Source: Neoconidiobolus thromboides FSU 785 (lineage: Eukaryota; Fungi; Entomophthoromycota). From it: DNA of 64,000 nucleotides. Every line of letters begins with the position of its first letter. Positions within the stretch are counted from its first letter, which is position 1. The stretch is taken from assembly GCA_025603075.1 (NCBI GenBank), contig MU626362.1, positions 11,508 to 75,507 on the forward strand. Direction: 5' to 3'. This document shows positions 37,950-49,907 of the stretch, piece after piece. The position numbers and the translations under genes were made by a program. Below the pieces are notes generated by a model that was given only the letters and a program-made list of their open reading frames with translations, did no database searches and had not been told where the DNA came from.

Positions 37950-38860
37950 CAAAAAACGTATTAATTTTATCATTTTTAATTTATTCAAAGAGAACTTCAT
38001 TAACAAAAAGCTTGATAGAGTTAAGATATTTTCTAAAACCTGTACATTATTTTTGGAATCATCACTAAAGACAAGATATTTGAAATCAGAGAAACTATAA
38101 CCAATATTCTGTATTAATTTACCATATGGGGATGTATTTAGAGTATAAAAATGCTTCATTTGAACCCTCTGTAGTAACAAAAGGTTAGTGTTTTTAACTA
38201 GTAAACTAGCAGTTACTTTTTTAGTACTTGAAACATTAGCTACAGATACTCAGGTTTCATTTACTTCATCTTTATCAGAATAGAATATTCAAGGACAACC
38301 CCATCTTTACTATAAAAGGCTGAATCTTTAGCATCGTTGATAGCAGAAGTATCAGCCTTTTGAAGATTTATTATAGCTTTGAGTGTAATTGAGCCATTAT
38401 AAGGAGGTAAAATGCTGTCTGTAGTATCAGCTAGTAAAGTTTCACAGTTATTTATGGCTAGCCCAGATGCCTGGTTTTTAGATCATTGACTAAAATCATA
38501 ATAAACTTCCGTATTTTGATAAGTACGGCTAAATGTATCTTCGCCAATATAAATCTTGTATGTAAAATCACCAAAATAAATGGATTTTCGATTTATAATA
38601 GTTGCCACTCGTTTATAGCCTCCAGGTTCTCTAGCTCAAATTTTTAATATTTCTATAAAGCCATCAATAATCTTAATGTAACTATCATCAAAAAGTTTAG
38701 TATTGTAAAAGGATATATATGTTACTCTGTCATTTGAATCATAAAGAAAACTATTTGCTGAAGAACTATAATTCGATTGAAATCATCTAAATAATTTCTG
38801 TGTTTGTAAATCAGCGATTAATGGAGTGAAAAGTAAAGTTGATGAGATTGATCCCATAAG
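37950..38860 (-). pseudogene. Decayed ORF of unknown family
   Basis: About 140 readable codons (FYNTKLFDDDSYIKIIDGFIEILKI*AREPGG...DFSQ*SKNQ...YSKDGVVLEYS) broken only by TGA at 38638 and 38485; frameshifts on both sides. Confidence 0.35.
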
Positions 38861-39611
38861 TTATTTAAATTGATAAAAACTTATTTTAATGACTTCGTTG
38901 TCTCCTTATGACTTTCTCTACTATTATTAGTTTAATATCTAAATCTAACATTATAAGTCATAGCTTGTATAAAGGATAATGAACAATGAACAATAATAGA
39001 ACAAATTGGTAAATTGACTTTTAAGATGTCTTTCAGCATTCCCATTAAGCTTACAAGGATAGGAATTAATAAACTAAAAAAGAGTATAACAATAAAATGC
39101 TTTCATTCAGCATATAAAAAAATAACAGATATAACAAATTTAAATGGAACAAGCTAAGTTAAAAGAACTATCAAAAAGTAATAATAAATACTGTTTACGT
39201 TGTTGTTACGAATCGAATCGAGTAGTGTTTACTACTATTTTAAAATTAGCATTAATCATATCAATACAAACTACTAGATATATTTATAATATTATTATGA
39301 TTGAAGTCACCCTATATCAGCTAAAACAACATGATTCTTTACATATTAAAGTGCTATAAGTTATGAATAGTTTATGTAGTTCCGATTTTATTAGTTATTT
39401 ACAAATTGTACATTACATTATTCAAAATTACTTATAATAGCATAAAGATAGATAATATAGTATATAGAACAAGTATTCATATAAATACAAGTATATTTAA
39501 TAGATACTTACTTTCTACTTTTGGTAGATACCAATTCTTTACCATATATTAAACAAAATAACTCAAAAATAAAAGATGTTTTTATTATTTTACTAAAATT
39601 ATTCTACATAT

Positions 39612-39709
39612 GGGGATGTATTTTTGTATTTAAGAATTTTACTAACAATTTTTCCACACAAGTAGCGCTTAAAAGATGAAAAAAGTAATGAAGCTAAAAA
39701 AACATCCCC
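39612..39709 (+). mobile_element. MITE copy 13
   Basis: ATAT|GGGGATG...ACATCCCC|ATAT. Confidence 0.93.
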
Positions 39710-39846
39710 ATATGTATTAAATTTACTTGTATTGTAAATGGCTCGTCTCTGGCTTTTGAAAAATTGTTTTATTATACTTTGTTTTCATCTTCACTTTTGT
39801 TTAATGTTTTAGAAAAAGTCTAAAAATCTCAGATAAAATACTATAT

Positions 39847-39945
39847 GGGGATGTGTTTTTGTATTTAAGAATTTTACTAGCAATTTTTCCACTCAAATAG
39901 CGCTTAAAAGGTGGAAAAAGTAATGAAGCCAAAAAAGACATCCCC
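39847..39945 (+). mobile_element. MITE copy 14 (near consensus)
   Basis: ATAT|GGGGATG...GACATCCCC|ATAT. Confidence 0.93.
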
Positions 39946-41662
39946 ATATTTTTTCAAAAAGTAAATAATTATGAATAAAATGTAATATAAAAATATACAA
40001 ATACTTAAAAGTATTAATGTTTAATTAATATTGTCATTAAAAAGGCTGGGCCAGTTAGTATTAGTTTTTAGTATTTAATATATTTATATCAGTAAAAGTT
40101 AGATTAGGCTAATAATCTTAAGTTGGTTATTATTGTCTAATATGATGCTTTATCTATTAATTATTTTGTTTATTGATCTTTATATTGATAAAATGATATT
40201 AGAATTAAACAAAACAAGTTCCTAATGATGTCTAAATGCATCACTATAATTTATAAAGTGACTCCTTTACTAATCATAAGAGTAATATTATATATTATAT
40301 TATATTATATTAATATTGCTTAATAGATGTGTTGTAATCTTGTATAGTATGTTTATTTATTTAACCTATCAAAGTAGTAATAACTTTAAAGTATCTTCAA
40401 AAGTTACCTGATTGCTTTAAAAACCTTTCAAACACTTTTCTATAGAATGTTCTTGGCTTTTAATATTTAAAAATATTAAATGTGATATATTTGTTTTACT
40501 AGTGTTAATTTACAAACTTATACATGATTTCCTTGATAAATAACTTATAAAATGTTGGCAATAATCATTGTAGATATTAAGGCTTTTAGAATACATTCGA
40601 TAGATTAAATTTTAATGATTTAATCAAAAAGTTCAATTTTATGATGTAAAAGTTGTCATTAATTATAAGAGGCTATACAAATAAAAAGTTAAAATATAAA
40701 CTGAAATCTATATTTTTACATTAAAAATCAGTGAAAACAAGAAAAGTGTATAGAAATATGTAATTTTTGGAATATACTTTAAAGGATATATCGTCAAAAT
40801 TTCAAGTTCAAAATATCATCTAAGAACGTTCTAAAATTATTTGGTGTGGAAAATGGTTTGGTCTTAATGTCAAACCTTATGTTTTAATGACTTTTGCAAT
40901 TATCATGCTATAAATATTCTTGCAGGTTTCAACTTGTTTTCATTAAATTAGTTTGCGCAGTAATTAACGTCAAAATGAAGTATTTTTTCGTAATTCTTTT
41001 TAACTTTCATTTAATTTTTAATGGAATATATTATTAGTTCTTATTGATTTTATTAAATAAATTAATATCTACTACCTGACTCTTAAAGTTATTTATATTT
41101 GATAAGTGGTTGTAAACTGAAATCATTGAAATGGGAAAAAGTTATTCAAGTTCTTACAGACAAATAAATTTAAACTAACAACCAATTAAAGCTGATCTGT
41201 TTTAAGCTTTTCCAGATGCCAACAATAAGTTTTTGTTTAAACACTCACAAATGCTAATATAATAAATTCACATGCCCAAAGATAAGAACTTTCAAATTTT
41301 CAGATGAAATTATAGGCTGTAGATAAGAGCTTGATGATTATATTTTTGAGGGGACCAACTTTTAAAAAGTTAGTGACATTTTTGGCTATAAGAGGCTATG
41401 AAATCATACCCCCAAGCCAATAATAAAATGGAATATAATGTGAGACAAAAAAGGAATGCCATTTGACTATTATTGGCTTATAAGCAAAAAGAGTATACTC
41501 ATGAATAGATCAAAATGAAGTATAAAAGCCAAGCAATATATCAAATCTATTCTTTTTATTTCTAAATTTCAACTTGTAAATAAAAATTTTAAGCTACATA
41601 CAATTTAAAAGTCATAATAAGTTAATTGAATTCATTTATTTAAAAACTTTACTATCCACAAC

Positions 41663-43048
41663 ATGTCGTTAACTGCAGGTTTTAAAAACTTTGATTCTGA
41701 TAACAAAGATAAAAAAATATCCATCCCACCTTCCAAATCTTATTATCGAGCTATGGCAAACCTAGGGAAAAGCTTTAGTAATAGTATTGATAATCCACCA
41801 TGCTTAATTTCTGAATTAGAAAAGAAAAGCCAGCCAAATAAAGTCTCTTTTGGAATTGATTCTTTGAATGATAATCTCAATTCATTAACCTTAAATGATT
41901 CTCCAATAGAATATATATCTCCTGAATTATCTTTTTCGCCAACAGAATCTGTTATATCAGCCGGAGAACCATCTCACCCAAATGATATTGAATCACCAAC
42001 CATTCATAATATTGCTTCACCACCCCCTCGTCCAATAAGAAGAGCTAAAACTACTGTATCACCATTTCCTCAACCTAAAGCTTTAAAAAAGACAAACAGT
42101 TATAAACCCATTACCTCTTCTTCCTATAATTCCTTACCAACTTCAGATGCAGTTTCTTTCCTTTCTTCTTTTGCTGATAGGACTGCAGAAGAAATATCAG
42201 CTGTTTCTCCTGATGAAGAAGGTGAAGAAGTTGGAAAATATGTCATGGGGAAGATGATCGCAAAAGGAGCTTTCTCAACTGTACGTGAAGCTTATACAAT
42301 GAGTGATGTCGACCATCAATTTGAGATGTTTGCTTGTAAGGTAGTTAAAAAATGTTCAACTCAAAAATGTGAGGAAAAAGTAATTGAAGCAGAAAACGAA
42401 GTCATGTTATGGAAACAATTAGATCACCCCCACATTCTTAAGTTTACTGATATTATTGATACGAGTTATGCCCTCTTTATCTTTATGGAATTATGTCCTA
42501 ATGGGACATTATTAGATTATGTAACTTCCAAAGGAAAATTGGAAGAAGATGAAGCAAGAATTTTCTTTAACCAATTATTACAGGCAGTAAGATATCTTCA
42601 TCAAGATGCTCATATCATCCATCGTGATTTAAAGCTTGAAAATATTGTACTTACATCTACTAATCACGTCAAACTCACTGATTTTGGATTGAGCGTATTT
42701 AAAAAAGCACAGGACCAAGGTTTAAAAAGTCCTGGGCAAGGATGTGCAGGTTCCATCAACTATTGTGCACCAGAACTTTTAAGAAATACTTGTCGAGTAA
42801 ACGATTACTGTTCAGATATATGGTCATTAGGAGTTATACTTTATACGCTTGTAGTTGGTAAATTTCCATTTTCAGATGGATTTGAGCCCAGATTAATTAT
42901 GAAAATATGTAATGGCAAATTTGATTTACCAGATGCTTTATCGCCTCCTCTTAAGGAGTTGATTTCTTCTATGCTTTCAATTGATAGTATTAATCGTCCA
43001 AATATTAATGAAGTTATTGGTAGCACATGGTGTCAAGAATCTTCATAA
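41663..43048 (+). CDS. Ser/Thr protein kinase, CAMK-like (Nnk1-like architecture)
   Basis: S/P-rich N-terminus, PDEEGEEVGKY, IAKGAFSTV, HRDLKLEN, DFG, GSINYCAPE, DIWSLGV. Confidence 0.85.
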   Translation: MSLTAGFKNFDSDNKDKKISIPPSKSYYRAMANLGKSFSNSIDNPPCLISELEKKSQPNKVSFGIDSLNDNLNSLTLNDSPIEYISPELSFSPTESVISAGEPSHPNDIESPTIHNIASPPPRPIRRAKTTVSPFPQPKALKKTNSYKPITSSSYNSLPTSDAVSFLSSFADRTAEEISAVSPDEEGEEVGKYVMGKMIAKGAFSTVREAYTMSDVDHQFEMFACKVVKKCSTQKCEEKVIEAENEVMLWKQLDHPHILKFTDIIDTSYALFIFMELCPNGTLLDYVTSKGKLEEDEARIFFNQLLQAVRYLHQDAHIIHRDLKLENIVLTSTNHVKLTDFGLSVFKKAQDQGLKSPGQGCAGSINYCAPELLRNTCRVNDYCSDIWSLGVILYTLVVGKFPFSDGFEPRLIMKICNGKFDLPDALSPPLKELISSMLSIDSINRPNINEVIGSTWCQESS

Positions 43049-43646
43049 GTCATCAATGTTCTTGTTTCAATACCAAAGTCAACTGATTGTAGTATTATAT
43101 TGTTATCTTAATCTCTAGAATATCTATATCATGAGAAATTATCATGTTTTTTGATATTATATTATTTATTTTTACCTTGAAAATATTGCTCAAATTTACG
43201 CTTTTAAATAAATAATTGTTTTTTGTTAATAAAATCAGCCCATGTTTGAAATAAATCTGTATTTAAATTTTCTTATTTTAGTAAATTTTGAAGTCTTTTT
43301 ATTTTAAAAATTCATTAGAGTGATTTATATTTAATTTTAATTGATCCATCCTTAACTTAGCCTAATTTATAAATTGCAAAGTAATTTTTATTTATAGTAA
43401 TGAAAGGACATAATAAAGCAGCTTATCTTTTTAACCCTGTTTTATTCCAATTATTTTGAATATTGGGGTAAATTTTATTATGAGTAGTTTTGAAGATTAA
43501 ACAAATGTTATTTAGAATAACTTTGCAAGAGATGGGCAAATATCATCGCAAGTAACATTTAACTAAGCGAGTAAATGGTGAATCAAAATTGTCAATTTCG
43601 AAATCTAATAGAATTTAAACTAATAATTGCTAACAATTTTCATTAT

Positions 43647-43739
43647 GTGAGTGTTTTCAGTTTCATTATTTTTTCTATTTTTAAGCACTACTAAGTGGAA
43701 ACAATGTTAATAAATTTCTTGAACAAAAACATTATTCTC
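43647..43739 (-). mobile_element. MITE copy 15 (degenerate)
   Basis: GTGAGTGTTTTCAGTTTCATTATTTTTTCTATTTTTAAGCACTA...TTCTC|ATAT. Confidence 0.7.
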
Positions 43740-44534
43740 ATATTTTATTAATATTAGTATTGTTATTGTTTTTTGCCAATATAATAAAAACACAATGTTC
43801 CAAATGCTATCGATTATAAAAAACATACAAAATCTTGACTAAACTATTATCCTTTTGTTATGAGTAGCCATTTGTAAGATAGCTATATTTCTAACTACCA
43901 TCTATGAGAAAATCATATCTTTGAAGACTTCAAATTCATAAAATAATTATGTTTTCAACAAATATAAGTTTAATGTTTAATTATTAAACATAAATCAATA
44001 TCAACATTATAAGCTATCATCTATATACAGTATAATAATTATAATACAAAATATAATTAAAACATAAGTTTAATTAGTGACAATCAAAAATCATATATTC
44101 ATTAAATTTTATTTTAAACTTAACCAGCTTTAAAGCATATGTTTTACAGAAAAATTCTCTATAAAAAAGATCGTTTATATTAATTCTATTTACATTCGTA
44201 AGAAACATTGCTGCTATGACTTCTATTTTTTTTGCTCTAGTTGATTTATCAAAAACATTATCGTACCTAACCTCAAAACTATAACTAAATTCCGCTTTTA
44301 TCTACTTTTCTCATTTTCATACAAATTAGGTTTAGTTTGTATTGTTTCATTTGTATATTTTCATATTGACAATTATTTTCCTCGTAAACATCTTTTATAA
44401 AAAATAAACTTACTTTCATTAAACCAAATATTTTACATAAATAATAGCTAGTTTCATCATTTTTAATAATTTATATTTACTAGAAGCCCATATTAACCTC
44501 GAATTATTAAAAAACATTTATTGGTTTTTTTAAA

Positions 44535-45023
44535 TTAAGACTCAATCAATTCACGAAGACGACGAGTGGCACTGCGAACAGTGGCAGCAGCAGTAGTTCT
44601 ATAAATTCAATTATAAATTCAAAAATCTTGATAAAAAAAACTTACGAAACAGTCCAAGCACCACCAGCTAAAACTTTCTTACATCCACGGCATTCCCAGA
44701 TACCGACAGCACGACGCTTGACGCTATCCTTACCACAGAAAGTGCAGGTATATTTGGCGTGTTGGGTGATTTCCATCTTTTTGATTTGTTTACGTAAAGA
44801 AGCACCATAACGGGTACCGTATTTACCGACAACTCCTACTTTCTTAGTACGTTTGGCCTTTGACAATAGATTAACATTTTGTTTTTAAATTATGGAACAT
44901 CTTTTTATATTTTTAGAAAACTAAATGAAGACGATTGTGTCCTCAACTTTTTTTGATTTATCGTTTTTTGTCTTATTTTTATCTTCTAATTTTGAGTATT
45001 TGAATGGATGTATGTATTACCAT
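44535..45023 (-). CDS. RPL43: 60S ribosomal protein eL43 (L37a), 3 exons
   Basis: ATG at 45023, intron 44858-45020, [23 protein letters not shown]...CTFCGK...CRGC...GGAWTVS, intron, [20 protein letters not shown]. Confidence 0.95.
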
Positions 45024-45399
45024 TTGATTTTATGGTGCTGGGTAGTTCGTTAACAAGGTATTGAAACGAAGAGAGAGGAGGTCTTAAGCCAACTTTGGCT
45101 TACTCATTAGTTATTAACTTTATTGGTTAATTTCATTTACTTTTTTGAAAATCGGGTTTTCTAACCCATCCAAAAAGTACAGTATAATTTAAAATTAAAT
45201 ATTTGTATTTCAATAAAACCTTATAATTATATAATATTATAATTTAATGGTATATTTCTTTTTTGCTTTAAAGTGTTTTTATTTTGATATACATTATTAC
45301 AACTGTTCAAAGCTTAACAATATAAAATATATATACTATTAATAAATCTATTTGAAGGTAAATGATTACTGTTTATAAATAAATTCATGTACAAAACAT

Positions 45400-45496
45400 G
45401 GGGGTGTTTTTTTTGGTTTGATCATTTTTCTATTTTTTAAGTACAATTTGAGAGGAAAAATTATTAGTAAAATTATTAAATTCACAGTATGTCCAC
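45400..45496 (-). mobile_element. MITE copy 16
   Basis: ACAT|GGGGGTG...ATGTCCAC|ATAT. Confidence 0.78.
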
Positions 45497-45784
45497 ATAT
45501 AGTAACATATTGTGAGTTTAGTATCATAACAGATATTCATAAATCACTAATTTATTAGTCCTAAATATATATTGGTATAAAAACAAGAAAAATATTATAT
45601 TTTATAAAAAAGAATCCTAAACAGTAGTCTATAATGTTGTTCAAATTGTTTCAGAGTTATAAACTATCTTGACTTTGAGATAATCGATATTATTAATAAA
45701 GTTACATTTGAATGATAGATATTTAATATTAAAACAATTGAAATGTACTTATAAAATATACTTACAAAGCATGCGTTTATTAAT

Positions 45785-45808
45785 AAAGATAAAGATAAAG
45801 ATAAAGAT
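45785..45808. repeat. (AAAGAT)4 microsatellite
   Basis: Four exact hexamers downstream of the AOX stop. Confidence 0.8.
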
Positions 45809-45840
45809 AAAATAAAATAGCATTCTAAAAGTTTACAAAA

Positions 45841-46839
45841 TTACCACACCTTGGCGGCATCTTGAGAAGGATTAGCTAATGACGAATCCTTTTCCTCAAT
45901 ATTTTGCTCCAATCCTTCTCTTAGATCTTCCTTCTTAAGAATGAGTCGATCTGCAAAGTGGTGGTTGGTATCCCTATGTAAAGCCTCATCAGCTCTTACA
46001 GCTAATACTACATCTCTCAATCTAGCATTTGGTTTCAAATGCCAATAGTCAATGGCAATTACTGGAGCTGGAGAATTTTCAATGTGACCATTGTCAATCT
46101 CTTTTAAAAAAGAAGTGTAGGAAATAACCGCTTCTTCTTCAAGATAGCCCACAACACGATGGGCAGTTTTTGGTGACATTAAATACAAAAGGAAGAAAGC
46201 ATTATAAAACACCCCTTGTACTGTAGTGACTAAAACTCTTTCAAATAAATTAGGTTGGGACACCTTCATCCATGTCATTAAATGCATACGTTCGTTTTCA
46301 GCTTCATGTAACAAATGACTAATCCAACCACCATCATGTTTTAAGCCTCTTAAAGACCTCAAGTGTCTTAATGTAGCTGCTACCATACCCGGTACAGCAG
46401 CCACGGTTTCTAGCATCACAGCTCGATGTACATATTTTTTACGGAAAAAGAGATCAGTAGGTAAACGTAATACTTTGACAGTGTTGAAAGCTATTATGTC
46501 CCCAAAAGTCTTAGGCTGACGATGGGAAGTGAGGTTGATATCCATTTTCTCTAACTCTTCCGAGGACATGGAGCGTAAGAATTCATTTCTAATAGGGGCT
46601 GGGTGGACTGGGTGTTTTAATTCCCTGGGCATAGTGCCTTGAATATCTATCTTTTCGGCATTTTCGTTGGAACTCAGAGAAAAGAAAGTAAAGTTACGCT
46701 TACCAGTAACATTATGAGAAATATGTGCTGGTAAGAAAGTTAAAGCTCTATAGGTACCTGGGTTCTGGAAAAGGGTGGTACCAGTTTTAAGTATACTAGT
46801 ATATAGTATAGGATGAGATAAAATTTTAGTTGTTGACAT
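45841..46839 (-). CDS. AOX1: Mitochondrial alternative oxidase
   Basis: [39 protein letters not shown] di-iron motifs; N-terminal presequence. Confidence 0.95.
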   Translation of the reverse strand: MSTTKILSHPILYTSILKTGTTLFQNPGTYRALTFLPAHISHNVTGKRNFTFFSLSSNENAEKIDIQGTMPRELKHPVHPAPIRNEFLRSMSSEELEKMDINLTSHRQPKTFGDIIAFNTVKVLRLPTDLFFRKKYVHRAVMLETVAAVPGMVAATLRHLRSLRGLKHDGGWISHLLHEAENERMHLMTWMKVSQPNLFERVLVTTVQGVFYNAFFLLYLMSPKTAHRVVGYLEEEAVISYTSFLKEIDNGHIENSPAPVIAIDYWHLKPNARLRDVVLAVRADEALHRDTNHHFADRLILKKEDLREGLEQNIEEKDSSLANPSQDAAKVW

Positions 46840-49800
46840 ATTGTAATCGATATTGATTGATTTAATGATTTGAGTTTGAACTAAAAATCGTTGCTTATAT
46901 AAGCTAAAAAATCATCTTTGGGCATAAATTATTAGCTTAAAATAAGGATTTATTGCTCAAACTTGATTGATATTGTTGTTTAATTACCCTAAAAACTAAG
47001 GAATCTTTTTTACTTTCGGTTTATTTCAAGGATGACTCATATAGTTGGCAACTTTGGGGTTGATTCATTTTTTGGGGAGTTAAGCTTAATTAAAAATGAA
47101 ATCACAAAAATATTATATTTTAAATAATAAATTAATAATAATATAAAAATTATATTAAAAATTGCTAAAGAAATATCACATAAAGATATGATTCAATATC
47201 GTAGTTAATAAAGCTAATGTGCTATCATATATGGCATAGGCACTGTAATATAACACCATGGATCTATATACCATTAATGACTTTTTTCATACGGACCAAC
47301 TCCCGATCCGCAGCAGTTGAACTCAGCCCCCTAACGAATTAAAAATTAAGAATTATTTTTAGTTTTTTTATAGCTATTTAAAAATAATGTAAGGAAATAT
47401 TTAAGCTCAATAAATTCTTATGACAAGCAACAATGTAAAGTTGACTAACTTTTGTAAAAATGATCAGATAAATTCCGATGGAATAGCCTTTTAATCTGTA
47501 ATACGTTATAAGAAATTCAAAATTATCCTTTAATAGGGTTTGTCGGACTAAGCGAAAATGAGAGATATTATTAATTATGTGATAATCTTTCTATTGTGTT
47601 TACTTTTGTATCTAAAATAAAGACAGGGTTTATTATAAAACAGCTTTGGAAACTTTGATTACTATTTAAGTATAGTGTTGTATAGTATGATATTGTATTA
47701 TTACTCTTGAAAATAGTTTATTTTGCTTCATATTATGCTTTATACCCAAGAAATTATTAAATAAATAAGAATATGATTAGAGATTTGCTTCCATTTATTA
47801 AATAGAATACAAATAAACAATACTTAATTAATAAAAAGATACAGAGCAGATGTTTTTTTAATACTACTTATAGTTTTATACCAGTTTCAACAAACTGGTG
47901 CGTAAGTTTATTGCTCTAAATTTTTACCCATAAAAATTCCATAAAATCTTCATCATTAAATCACACTAAATTAGCCTAATTTTTGTGAAATTTCCAAATA
48001 TTACTCTTATCCATAAATTATTTGAATTGCTATAAATGAATGTAAATGTTTATATAACCCTATTTTCCTTTGCTGTTTTACAATAACAAAATTTTATAGT
48101 GCCCTTAAATATATTTCATATTTTTATCCTTAGTTCCATTTAAATTAAAGAACTATATTCTAGATTATGTTCCTATTGATAGCTACCTAAAAACAAACAA
48201 CACACAATATTTACACACAAGAAATCTACACAAATTTTATAAAGATTGCTGTTTTGCTATCTTAATTGATACTATAATAATTTTTAAACAAAACCCTGGT
48301 ACTCTTTTTATTGATTTTATATTGAAGGGCCAGTGTTCTATATCATGCTCTTGTGAATAGTCATTTAAGTAAACAACATCTAATATTTGTACACAAAAAA
48401 TCTACACGAATTCTATAATGTGATTTATTTTGTTAAGTAATCAATTTTATATCAATTGTTGAATCATATAATGTGTTGATAGTTATTTTGTATTTTATTT
48501 GCTGTTAGTGGTTTCCATTTGTGATATTATTGTTAAATCGATATCAACTTTTTATATTTCATTGTTAAAACGTCTTCCTATTCACTAAACTTAGTACATT
48601 ATTTTGTCTTGAGTTCTTTTTAACTAGCTATTAGCATTTATATATGATACAACTTTCAGATTTAAATGTATCCAAATGTGCTGATGAAGATAGTTGTTAT
48701 GATTACAAAACTTATTCGAAGACCTCATTTTAAAAAAATCAAGGCTAAACAATGAATATAACAGATTATATTTAATGGAAGTGAATACCAAATCCCAAAC
48801 AAGAACCATTCTTTGATTAAATTCTAAAATTAAATTTAATTTTAAAAAAATCTAAAAATAATCTCAGTTTATGCTTTTTAAGAATTTTTGAAGATCCTTT
48901 TTACGCTGTTAGAAACTTACAATAGTTTAACAAATACTACATTATTAAACACAATCTCTTGTTACTTTCACGGTATAGTTTAGATAGAAGTAATTTATCA
49001 TCTAAATCTCATTTAAATCAATATCACAGATATAAATTAAAATTAAATTAATTGTTTAAAATAGTGATGAAAATAAAATTAAATGACTATTTAAAATTAA
49101 AGCTCATTTTTACGTCATTTTGGTCAAAAATAAACTTTTATATTCTATTGAAACAGAATGTAATTCTATTTTAAGCTAAGATTAATAAAGTATTAAAAAT
49201 AACAATTACATACAAATCTGTATAATTACTAACAAAATTCTTTAAAATGTCCTTTTAGTGGGTCACCTTCTTCAATCCCTACTCCAATGACTAGAAGCTG
49301 ATTCAAGGATTTATGATTTATTGGCCATAATTTATCCAAGCTAAAACATTATACTGGAAGGGCATAATTCCTCAGTTTTTATTAAACTTGATGGAGCGTT
49401 TTTTTTAGCCAATTAAATCGTCGATTTTAAATGGTATTATCATAAGAATTGCTACTTTTTTAAACTAGTGTCAGGGAAGTTTATAAATAAAATTCAAAAT
49501 TGAAATTAACTTATTTATTTATTTTTATTTGTAATGGAAGCTATTCAGAATTCTATAGCTTCAGCTGAAGGCTTATCAAGAAGAGGCCAACCTCAAGTAC
49601 TTTAACCGACAACATATTATATTTTAGATTTTAACTTTATTTTTATCTTAGAGAGCATTCCGATTATTCCTTGTTACTTTAATTAACTTAACTCATGAGC
49701 TTATGAACCTAAGTATTGAATTCCCATTAAACCCAAATAGTAATATCTGTTTTAAACAATAATAATTTCATAACCTAATTTTAAGTAGATGATAAATTTG

Positions 49801-49907
49801 AACAAGTAAAAAAATTATTTCAAGATGGAGATTTTTGTTTAAGTCAAGCCCGTAACCTATGTTTATACTTTGATTGCAACTCATCTCCTCAAGAAAGGCC
49901 TTTTTCT

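Noticed and set aside
38128-38302. Possible longer MITE relative (ATAT|GGGGATGT...ACAACCCC|ATCT)
   Set aside because: Interior shows no similarity to the family, both TIR and TSD have mismatches, and it overlaps a protein-like decayed frame; could be chance
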